DNA from: Alphaproteobacteria bacterium
GTDB taxonomy: Bacteria > Pseudomonadota > Alphaproteobacteria > Rs-D84
Assembly: GCA_046881895.1 (NCBI GenBank)
Contig: JBKSMR010000012.1
Span: 1 to 62,225 of the forward strand
Length of the DNA: 62,225 nucleotides
Reading direction: 5' to 3'
Positions 55,180-62,225 of this stretch are shown here, in pieces; within the stretch, counting starts at the first letter, position 1; each line of letters starts with the position of its first letter. The notes under the pieces were generated by a model that made no database searches, had not been told where the DNA came from, and was given only the letters and a program-made list of their open reading frames with translations. Position numbers and translations under genes: made by a program.

Positions 55180-55204
55180 AAATCCCCCGTTGGGGGATTT
55201 TTTA
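55178..55204. terminator. bidirectional hairpin terminator
   Basis: aaaaatccccc-gtt-gggggattttttt. Confidence 0.75.
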
Positions 55205-55537
55205 TATCAAATATTTATACAATGCGTTTGGTGTTTGTATAAGTCTGCTTTTTAATCCAATTGCACGTTTGGCTAATTCAACACAAGTACGTACATTTTT
55301 TGTATTAAAATTTAGTGGTATATCACCTGTTAAATATATAAATCGCCAACCATTTTTGGTTAATATTTTTATATCTTTCATACGCAAATGTACTTTGACG
55401 CATATATTGCGTCTTACAAATTGATACATAACCAATTTATCGTTATGTACAGCAATTGGTGCGACGTGTTTAAATTTTCGACAAATTAGTCTTGGTAAGA
55501 TTTTTGATGTCTTGTCAGAAAATGCGATAATAATCAT
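55202..55537 (-). CDS. hypothetical protein (111 aa)
   Basis: ORF only. Forms a pair with the next ORF downstream of the T4SS genes. Confidence 0.4.
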   Translation of the reverse strand: MIIIAFSDKTSKILPRLICRKFKHVAPIAVHNDKLVMYQFVRRNICVKVHLRMKDIKILTKNGWRFIYLTGDIPLNFNTKNVRTCVELAKRAIGLKSRLIQTPNALYKYLI

Positions 55538-55554
55538 GTTTTACACCCCAAATT

Positions 55555-55896
55555 TTAATATATCCAACCATGTTTTTGTGCGGCAATGCCAATTACATCC
55601 ATTGCACTTTTCCATTGTGCAGCAGCACGATTTTCAGACCAGATATGTTGATGTGGTGCACGTCTTTTATCGCCGAATTTTTTCATAACGCATAATTGTT
55701 CATCGGTCAGTTGCCCAGACAGATATAGTTTTGTAATCATTGTTTCCACATCCAGTATTTCACACGGTCTTTTTGTTGGATTTGTACGAATTCTTGAAAA
55801 ATCATTTTTGACGGATTTAGAATACAAAAACCAAAACCACAGTTGTTCTGCCGATTGAAATTTTTCAGTTGCTGTCAGTGCGTTTGTTGCGTTCAT
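55555..55896 (-). CDS. hypothetical protein (113 aa)
   Basis: ORF only. SD ggagaaag lies upstream on the minus strand. Confidence 0.45.
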   Translation of the reverse strand: MNATNALTATEKFQSAEQLWFWFLYSKSVKNDFSRIRTNPTKRPCEILDVETMITKLYLSGQLTDEQLCVMKKFGDKRRAPHQHIWSENRAAAQWKSAMDVIGIAAQKHGWIY

Positions 55897-56147
55897 TTTT
55901 TCTTTCTCCTTTTTCTTTTTGTGGGTATATAAAGTTATAATATAAGAAAAGATTCCTGTAAAATCTTACAACCAACGGTTGCAGGTTGAATCGGAAAACA
56001 GATTCGTATTGCAAAAAAAGTTGTTTGAATCGAATCGGTGCTGTTTATCTTTTCTTGGATAAAAAAAAGTACGCGCATGTGCGTACTTTGTAATGTGAAT
56101 TATGTTATATCAAAACTATATTTTTATTTATATCTCCTTTGGCTATA

Positions 56148-56172
56148 TTAAAAAACCCACCATTTGGCGGGT
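56148..56172 (-). terminator. Rho-independent terminator after virB10
   Basis: Minus strand reads cccgcc-aaat-ggtggg followed by a T run. A second hairpin (agtacgc..gcgtact plus T8 on the minus strand) lies at about 56060-56092. Confidence 0.7.
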
Positions 56173-56179
56173 TGTGTAT

Positions 56180-58579
56180 TTAATTGACCACTATTGGTGG
56201 GAAGCAATCACCACCTGTTTCCGGACAACAATTAAATCCTTGGTCGCCCATATCTGTATATATTTCACCAGCACAGCAGCCATTTACATCTGGCAAAGAG
56301 CCATCAAAACAAGTTATAACTTCTTCTACGGGTTGTGTTTGCTTATCGTATGGATTTTCAATATTTCCATCTGCATCGTATGAAACGCCAATCATTTCGT
56401 TGTATGCATCCGCATCTTTTACTTCGTATTTCTTTTTTTCTTCGTTATATGTTGTCGCACCTTCGTATTGGTTAGCATACTGTTGTTGTTGCTCATTTCT
56501 ATATGCTTCGTATTGCAACGCTTTTTTGGACTGATAATTCAGCGATTCACAATACAACTTTAATGTCAGACAAGAATAACCTGATTTAGACGTTGTTGTT
56601 GCACCTTCTGCACTGAAGCATTCTTCTGGTGCACGATATAGACCATCAGAATCCCTGTCGCATAATCCGTCCATTTGGAATGAACGTGCCTGACCAACCC
56701 AAGAAGCGTCATTCGCTTTTTCTAGACCCATATCTTCTTTTGTTATACTCCTGCGAGGATTTTTTCCATACTCTTTAATCGCACATTTTTTGTCACTGCC
56801 ATTTGGATTATCTTCAGACAATGGTGCACCACAGGTTACCATTAAATCAACAGGTGAATATACAGTAATACGAGTACCTGCTGCGATTGTAAAAGGTGGT
56901 ACAGTATTATCCATCATGTCAACCATCAGTTTTTGTGCAACCTGGTTCCATGCGGTAATAATTTCATTCTTGGCCAGTTCTGATGAACGCATTGTTCCGC
57001 TTTGTACAACCGTATTATTATCTAAATCGATTTGATTAACAAATGCATCTGCAATTGGGTTTATTAAGTTTATCGTTGCTGGTACAAACGCGGTCAGCAT
57101 TGGCATAAAGAACTGTTCCAAATAGTCTGTGCTGCCACGTCCAGGTACACCAATACGACCCTGAGAATCGCCTGAATATGGGTCGTGTCCATCTAAAAAG
57201 TTGAATTCAACGCCATTTGGCAGAATAAACTGGTACCAGTTTATATCCATTCGTCCGATTGTCTGATATGGTCCTGGGACTTTACCCGTTACATAACCCA
57301 ATAATAAAGTTCCTGTTGGGATTATAATATTGCGTCCACTGTCTGAATATACGTTTCTGTCGACTGTTGCACGCACAGGAACGCCACGTTCTAATGCATC
57401 AATATCTGCACGAATATCGGATACGATTGTTGCAGGAATTGGTTTATATTGACGTAATAAAAACTGACGGTCGTATATTTGTGATGAAACAACAACATTT
57501 TCATCGCCGGCAGAAGATCCATAAGAAACGTCTGAAGTTTTTTTCTTCAAAGATATACTCCCCATTTTGCCGATACCACTTGTAATTCCTTTAATTTCAT
57601 CGGTGGTCAGTTGTCGTGCTCGATTCACTTCACGTACAGCAGGTGCATTTGACAGTTCGGGTAATGTACCATTTGCAACTGCGTTAAAGCCAATATGCTC
57701 TGCATCTGAGCCGATACGTTTGCCAGAATTATTTATATCAGTGATTATGCCATTATCAGGATTGTATACACCCGTCGCTTTGTTGCAATTTATATCAGAA
57801 AAAGGATGGAATTTATATGAGCCAGCCTCTGGTTTAATCCAGCCGATTTGACGACCATAGTTATCGTATCCAGGAAATGCAAAGTCAGAACATGCCTCTG
57901 GTATAGATGGCGTCACAGGTGTTTCTGGGATTTCAAATTCCGGTGCAATAGATTCTATATCTTTTTTAATTTCGTCTTGGACAGAAATTGGTTCTGCAAC
58001 AGTTTCTATTTCTTCTTCTGTTTCATCGTACTGTTCTGGTTCAGGTTCTGTTTCTGCAGGTGCGACAACAACCGTTGGTTCCGGATTTTTTGCACTAAGT
58101 GTAAACACTATCTTACTTGTCTGCGACATCTGGTCTGATTTTGCAGCATCATACCAATCGATGAATATTGTTGCCAGTTCTGTATCTAATGCAACAGTTG
58201 GTTCATAGGTTGCATCTATCACGCATTCTGTTTTTGTGTTTACTGTTTGTACTCTTCTACACGTGTCTGTAAAGCCAAAGCCATCAACAGCTTTGTGCCA
58301 TCTGACATTTTGTATTTTTACCTGTGTGTTTGCAGATACTTTGATTGTTGTTTCTTTCTTATCGCCGACAATAACATTTGACCAATCTACTGCATCTGGT
58401 GTTATTTTTAATTCAGCAACAACAGTATCTGTGTCAGGTAACTTTGACTTTTTGTCACTGCTAAACAACAGTGTCAGCAGTATTAAAACAACAACAAACG
58501 CTGCCGCCAGTAACAGCCACTGAATATGCTTTGGTGTACTTTTTTTCAGGTCTATAAATTGTTGTTTTATTTTTGACAT
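56180..58579 (-). CDS. virB10: type IV secretion protein VirB10/TrbI-like with long Cys-rich C-terminal extension
   Basis: N-terminal TM segment, an acidic and Pro-rich linker, then the TrbI/VirB10 core (IPATIVSDI...IIIPTGTLLLGYV...GTRITVYSPVDL). A further 215 aa follow the core. Start set at MSKIKQQ. Confidence 0.85.
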   Translation of the reverse strand: MSKIKQQFIDLKKSTPKHIQWLLLAAAFVVVLILLTLLFSSDKKSKLPDTDTVVAELKITPDAVDWSNVIVGDKKETTIKVSANTQVKIQNVRWHKAVDGFGFTDTCRRVQTVNTKTECVIDATYEPTVALDTELATIFIDWYDAAKSDQMSQTSKIVFTLSAKNPEPTVVVAPAETEPEPEQYDETEEEIETVAEPISVQDEIKKDIESIAPEFEIPETPVTPSIPEACSDFAFPGYDNYGRQIGWIKPEAGSYKFHPFSDINCNKATGVYNPDNGIITDINNSGKRIGSDAEHIGFNAVANGTLPELSNAPAVREVNRARQLTTDEIKGITSGIGKMGSISLKKKTSDVSYGSSAGDENVVVSSQIYDRQFLLRQYKPIPATIVSDIRADIDALERGVPVRATVDRNVYSDSGRNIIIPTGTLLLGYVTGKVPGPYQTIGRMDINWYQFILPNGVEFNFLDGHDPYSGDSQGRIGVPGRGSTDYLEQFFMPMLTAFVPATINLINPIADAFVNQIDLDNNTVVQSGTMRSSELAKNEIITAWNQVAQKLMVDMMDNTVPPFTIAAGTRITVYSPVDLMVTCGAPLSEDNPNGSDKKCAIKEYGKNPRRSITKEDMGLEKANDASWVGQARSFQMDGLCDRDSDGLYRAPEECFSAEGATTTSKSGYSCLTLKLYCESLNYQSKKALQYEAYRNEQQQQYANQYEGATTYNEEKKKYEVKDADAYNEMIGVSYDADGNIENPYDKQTQPVEEVITCFDGSLPDVNGCCAGEIYTDMGDQGFNCCPETGGDCFPPIVVN

Positions 58580-58611
58580 ACGCGAACCCACAGATTTAAT
58601 AATGTTTATAT

Positions 58612-60144
58612 TTATTGCATACGAACAACACTGCAACTTGTACCACTAAATTTTAACAGTTTGTCACACAGTGTTTGTGCTGTATCGATATCTGCAAATG
58701 GTCCAATACGCAAGCGATATTGGCGTGCTGTCGCAGATTGTGCACCCAGTTCACCGACGCCTTGTTCGTCAACTGCAAAGAATGCCATATCTTTATAAGG
58801 GGTCAACAATCCTTGGCCATCTTCGCCGCTAAATTTTGCAAGTAACATTGTCCAATAATCTGCCAATGCCTTTACTTCGGTATCAGACCTTAATTCAACT
58901 GCAACACCAGATTGGTTGCTGGTAATCAGTGGTATATTAGACTGTGGCAGATATGCACCTGCTGTATTGCGTTCTTGTGGTAACATATTTACAACGCTAT
59001 TTGATGCAGGTAATGCCTGTGGAACTGTAAACCCAGCTGGCATATAATAGCCTGCACCTGTTGTTGGGTTAACTGTTGCAGTGTTACCAACGTACATTGG
59101 TGTGCCTGTGTATGGGGTGCCCATGCTCATCGCGGCCATGCTGTCCGTATACGCGATATTATTCAACGATTGTCCTGATAACATGCTTTGTGCAACATTT
59201 GCTTCGGCTAATGCCATAACAGATGCTGTATCTGCAATCAAGAATGGTTTTTCGCGTTTTTTGATACATACAATTCTTTGACCACTACGCAGAACCATAT
59301 CGCCAACTGCCTCTACAATCAGCAGGCGACCGTCTTCGCCATCTGTGCGGAATCCAACAGGAGATTCACCACCTTCGACCAACAGCGATACAACAGGGCG
59401 CTGTGTCATGGATATAACCTTGTCACCAAAGTCAATGTATGTAAAGATTCTGTCACGCCACACACGTTCTGGTGCGATAACATAATCGTCTGGATTTGGA
59501 ACGAATATATCCAAATCAAATCTGAATTCAGATGGGTCAATCTTCATAGATTTTATCCACCCATAATCTTCGCCGTCAACACCAACTGTTGCGGTTTTGT
59601 TTGTTGCTGGCTGGAATATAGACTTTGCACCGCCTGATACTGCGGTTGTAACGTCTGCAGTTGGCAACACGCCATTGCCATCCAATACAACGTCAACCTG
59701 AGAATAAGTAATTTCGCTGGAATTTGATGGTTCGCTGCGTAAATAGAAAATGTATTTATTTCCAGACGCACCAGTAACAATCAAATTAGTATCAGAACCT
59801 AGATTGTCTGGGTTTGGGGACAAGAACATTGTTCTGTCGCCTTGGGTGGCTTGGATTTCAAACAAACCTGTGTTTCCAACGATTGCATCAGAAATTTGTT
59901 CGCCATTTGGCAAGGTTACCATTGTTACCATACCATTACGCAGTTTGATTGGCAAAACACTGCCTGCAGACCAAGACAATTGTGCATATCCTGGTTTAAT
60001 ACTTCCTGCGGCCATATTAGCGGTTGGGTTGTCCCATGCATTTTGTACCCCATACTCAGTAGGGGTGGCGTATGCTGGCAAATATAATAATCCTGCTAAA
60101 CAAAATGCATACAGATTCAAACCAAATTTTTTCGAAAACATCAT
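58612..60144 (-). CDS. virB9: type IV secretion protein VirB9-like with C-terminal SPOR-like domain
   Basis: Signal peptide and VirB9/CagX-type N- and C-domains (...FTYIDFGDKV...VVSLLVEGGESPVGFR...). An extra 209 aa ends in YRLRIGPFADIDTAQTLCDKL. Confidence 0.8.
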   Translation of the reverse strand: MMFSKKFGLNLYAFCLAGLLYLPAYATPTEYGVQNAWDNPTANMAAGSIKPGYAQLSWSAGSVLPIKLRNGMVTMVTLPNGEQISDAIVGNTGLFEIQATQGDRTMFLSPNPDNLGSDTNLIVTGASGNKYIFYLRSEPSNSSEITYSQVDVVLDGNGVLPTADVTTAVSGGAKSIFQPATNKTATVGVDGEDYGWIKSMKIDPSEFRFDLDIFVPNPDDYVIAPERVWRDRIFTYIDFGDKVISMTQRPVVSLLVEGGESPVGFRTDGEDGRLLIVEAVGDMVLRSGQRIVCIKKREKPFLIADTASVMALAEANVAQSMLSGQSLNNIAYTDSMAAMSMGTPYTGTPMYVGNTATVNPTTGAGYYMPAGFTVPQALPASNSVVNMLPQERNTAGAYLPQSNIPLITSNQSGVAVELRSDTEVKALADYWTMLLAKFSGEDGQGLLTPYKDMAFFAVDEQGVGELGAQSATARQYRLRIGPFADIDTAQTLCDKLLKFSGTSCSVVRMQ

Positions 60145-60164
60145 ACCAATCCTTCCATATTTTT

Positions 60165-60851
60165 TTATTCGTTCGCCAAGAAGCCTGTGTCCAACGGATC
60201 GCCGTTCCCTGACATAATCGTATATTCATCCACTTTTAAACCAAGTGGGTTTTCAATACGGTCTGCCCATCTTATTTTTACACCGTCTTGTGTTATAAGT
60301 TTCATACGTATTGTATAATCTTTTCTGGTGTGTCGTCCAGTACTATCTGCACAAAAATACATAATTTTTGTCTGGTATGTATCTTTGTCTTTGTCTTTGG
60401 TAAGCAAACTCATCGGTGTGCCATGAAAGCTGACTGCACATTGTACAGGTATATTTGGCACGTTGTTGCTCATAATATCATTAAATAATGCTGTTTTTGT
60501 GAAATTAGAATACACATCATCTGTTGAAACAGTACGAATAATGCCGTTTGTGGCGTTCCACTTTTTATGCATTTCCGATGCGTTTGCCCTGACCTCGTTT
60601 CTGTGTCTGATGTATTCTTGCACAAAAGTCTTTTTATATTTGTCTAAATTCTCGCTGACAGGCTGCATTTCAACCAATTTAATGTCCTGATTGTCGGCAA
60701 TAGTTGTTGTCAAAAAGAATATCTGCGGACGGTTTAATGGGAACATTTTGTATGTGGTAAACGCCAGCGTCCCCAGCACAACCAGTGCTGTTGCCAAGAC
60801 AAAAGTCAATAGTCTAGATAATAAAATCGGCGGTTTTACGCGGTTTTGCAC
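60165..60851 (-). CDS. virB8: type IV secretion protein VirB8-like
   Basis: Single N-terminal TM segment followed by an NTF2-like periplasmic domain (FVQEYIRHRNEV...). A GTG start at 60851 is preceded by a strong SD aagggggag. Confidence 0.78.
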   Translation of the reverse strand: MQNRVKPPILLSRLLTFVLATALVVLGTLAFTTYKMFPLNRPQIFFLTTTIADNQDIKLVEMQPVSENLDKYKKTFVQEYIRHRNEVRANASEMHKKWNATNGIIRTVSTDDVYSNFTKTALFNDIMSNNVPNIPVQCAVSFHGTPMSLLTKDKDKDTYQTKIMYFCADSTGRHTRKDYTIRMKLITQDGVKIRWADRIENPLGLKVDEYTIMSGNGDPLDTGFLANE

Positions 60852-61082
60852 GATTTTCTCCCCCTTGATTATGTTGATTGTAGAAAAAAATGTATGTATC
60901 ATGCAAGTAAAAATTTGCAAAAATAGTTCAGTAAATAAAAATATTTACATGTAAAAATGTTCTTGCGTGTGTTTGTGAAAAATATTATAATATTTCCGCT
61001 TGATTTTTTGTATGCGTGTGCTATTGTGTCACAGACTATTGTATTGGCATGCGGTACATCAGACAGGTATGTGTATGTTCAA

Positions 61083-61156
61083 AGGGGCATAGTTCAACGG
61101 TAGAATATCGGTCTCCAAAACCGCGGATGAGGGTTCGATTCCTTCTGCCCCTGCCA
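61083..61156 (+). tRNA. tRNA-Trp (anticodon CCA)
   Basis: AGGGGCATAGTTCAACGGTAGAATATCGGTCTCCAAAACCGCGGATGAGGGTTCGATTCCTTCTGCCCCTGCCA. Sits in the conserved position upstream of secE-nusG. Confidence 0.92.
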
Positions 61157-61198
61157 AAATAATAGTTGAAATAAATTACGTAATTTAGGCAGTTTTTT

Positions 61199-61378
61199 AT
61201 GAAGAAAATACTTGAATTTTTAAAATCTGTTCGCAGTGAATGGTTTAAGATTGTATGGCCAACGCGCGACGATGTTATTAGTGCAACTATCAGAATATTG
61301 GTATTTTCTGGCTTGGCGACACTGTTCTTTTTTATTGTTGACAGTATCTTAAATGCAATCGTAGGCTGGATTTTCTAA
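61199..61378 (+). CDS. secE: preprotein translocase subunit SecE (59 aa, below the track cutoff)
   Basis: MKKILEFLKSVRSEWFKIVWPTRDDVISATIRILVFSGLATLFFFIVDSILNAIVGWIF, in the tRNA-Trp-secE-nusG context. Confidence 0.88.
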   Translation: MKKILEFLKSVRSEWFKIVWPTRDDVISATIRILVFSGLATLFFFIVDSILNAIVGWIF

Positions 61379-61394
61379 GGAAAAGGAAGTGCAA

Positions 61395-61928
61395 ATGGAA
61401 GAAAAAATGCAATGGTTTGTTGTAAATGTTCATACTGGGTGCGAAGACAAGGTTGCACGTGGCTTGCGTGAACAGATTGACAAGCGTCGTTTGAACGCGT
61501 TGTTCGGTGAAATTTTGGTGCCAACACGCGAAGTTACAGAAATTAAGGCTGGAAAACGTGTAAAAACAGAAAAAAAGTTTTTTCCAGGTTATATCGTTGT
61601 TCAAATGGCTATGAATAATGAAACATTTACATTGGTTAAACAGATTCCTCAGGTTGTAATGTTCTTGGGTGCGAAAAATAAACCAATCGCAGTCAGCGAA
61701 GAAGAAGCACGTCGTCTGTTAAAGCAGGTCGAAGAAGGTTCTGTTGTTGCGGATGATGTAGTGTACGAAGTTGGCCAAGAAGTGCACGTTATCGATGGTC
61801 CATTCGCTGGCTTTAACGGTGTTGCATCTGATGTTGATAATGTAAAACAAAAAATGACTGTAACTGTTCTGGTGTTTGGTCGTGAAACAAGTATGGAATT
61901 GGAATTCAGTCAGGTAGAAAAGGTATAA
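61395..61928 (+). CDS. nusG: transcription termination/antitermination factor NusG
   Basis: WFVVNVHTGCEDKV NGN domain and KOW motif VHVIDGPFAGFNGV. The ATG at 61395 follows aaggaag. Confidence 0.93.
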   Translation: MEEKMQWFVVNVHTGCEDKVARGLREQIDKRRLNALFGEILVPTREVTEIKAGKRVKTEKKFFPGYIVVQMAMNNETFTLVKQIPQVVMFLGAKNKPIAVSEEEARRLLKQVEEGSVVADDVVYEVGQEVHVIDGPFAGFNGVASDVDNVKQKMTVTVLVFGRETSMELEFSQVEKV

Positions 61929-61930
61929 AT

Positions 61931-62086
61931 ATGTCGGGTGTTCAGATAATAAGAACAAAAGACGGTGGGTTAAAGGTCGAATGTTCCAAGAAATTTATAT
62001 CTGAATTGGCACGACGATATAGGCTTGTTCAAAAGTATAGGCCGATTATGCAAATAGCTTTATTGAAACGAGTAAGGCAAAAATAA
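61931..62086 (+). CDS. possible small basic ORF (51 aa) between nusG and rplK
   Basis: MSGVQIIRTKDGGLKVECSKKFISELARRYRLVQKYRPIMQIALLKRVRQK. Starts 2 nt after the nusG stop. It could instead be a non-coding leader. Confidence 0.2.
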   Translation: MSGVQIIRTKDGGLKVECSKKFISELARRYRLVQKYRPIMQIALLKRVRQK

Positions 62087-62192
62087 AAAAGTTTTTTGTG
62101 GTTTTCTGAAAAAAATGCAGTAAAATCACAGCAACCCGTGGTAGATACGCCATATCGTACCACGACACAAACGAAAAAAAACGGAGTGAAAA

Positions 62193-62225
62193 ATGGCAAA
62201 AAAAGAAGTAAAGGGATTGGTTAAA
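62193..62225 (+). CDS. rplK: 50S ribosomal protein L11, 5' end only (runs off the window)
   Basis: MAKKEVKGLVK after SD acggag, in the conserved nusG-rplK order. Confidence 0.8.
   Translation, partial: MAKKEVKGLVK

Overview
AT-rich chromosome segment. By gene content it looks alphaproteobacterial and probably host-associated with a reduced genome: it has a CcrM-type methyltransferase, a GapR/DUF2312 protein, an rvh-like virB8-B9-B10 cluster and the tRNA-Trp-secE-nusG-rplK block. That assignment is inference, not a database result. Housekeeping blocks: 5S rRNA end of an rRNA operon; mrcA-mraY-ftsW-murG; comF; rpmH; gyrA; slt; nrdR; ccrM; a MarR-TolC-MFP-RND efflux operon; rmuC; def-fmt-truA; comEC; pyrG; gapR; pyk; dacC-like; recR-rsmA; kef; lspA-yidC. 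An accessory tract lies at about 19.3-33.2 kb between tRNA-Glu(CUC) and tRNA-Gln(UUG). Its most striking part (27.1-32.5 kb) is an array of seven single-gene cassettes: 2 GNAT, a possible ART-like protein, 2 P-loop kinases, HD and GIY-YIG. The cassettes are separated by a conserved bipartite boundary element of about 165 nt that supplies a terminator, hairpins and a TGATATAAT promoter. Each full boundary element also carries a copy of the last 9 nt of tRNA-Gln. No recombinase gene is visible in the window. Other notable items are a PD-(D/E)xK two-gene module, tRNA-end duplications, GC-rich palindromic mini-elements, VirB9 and VirB10 with unusual C-terminal extensions, a large Cys-rich secreted protein, and a structured orphan sRNA candidate. 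All calls come from reading the sequence and the ORF translations; no searches were run.
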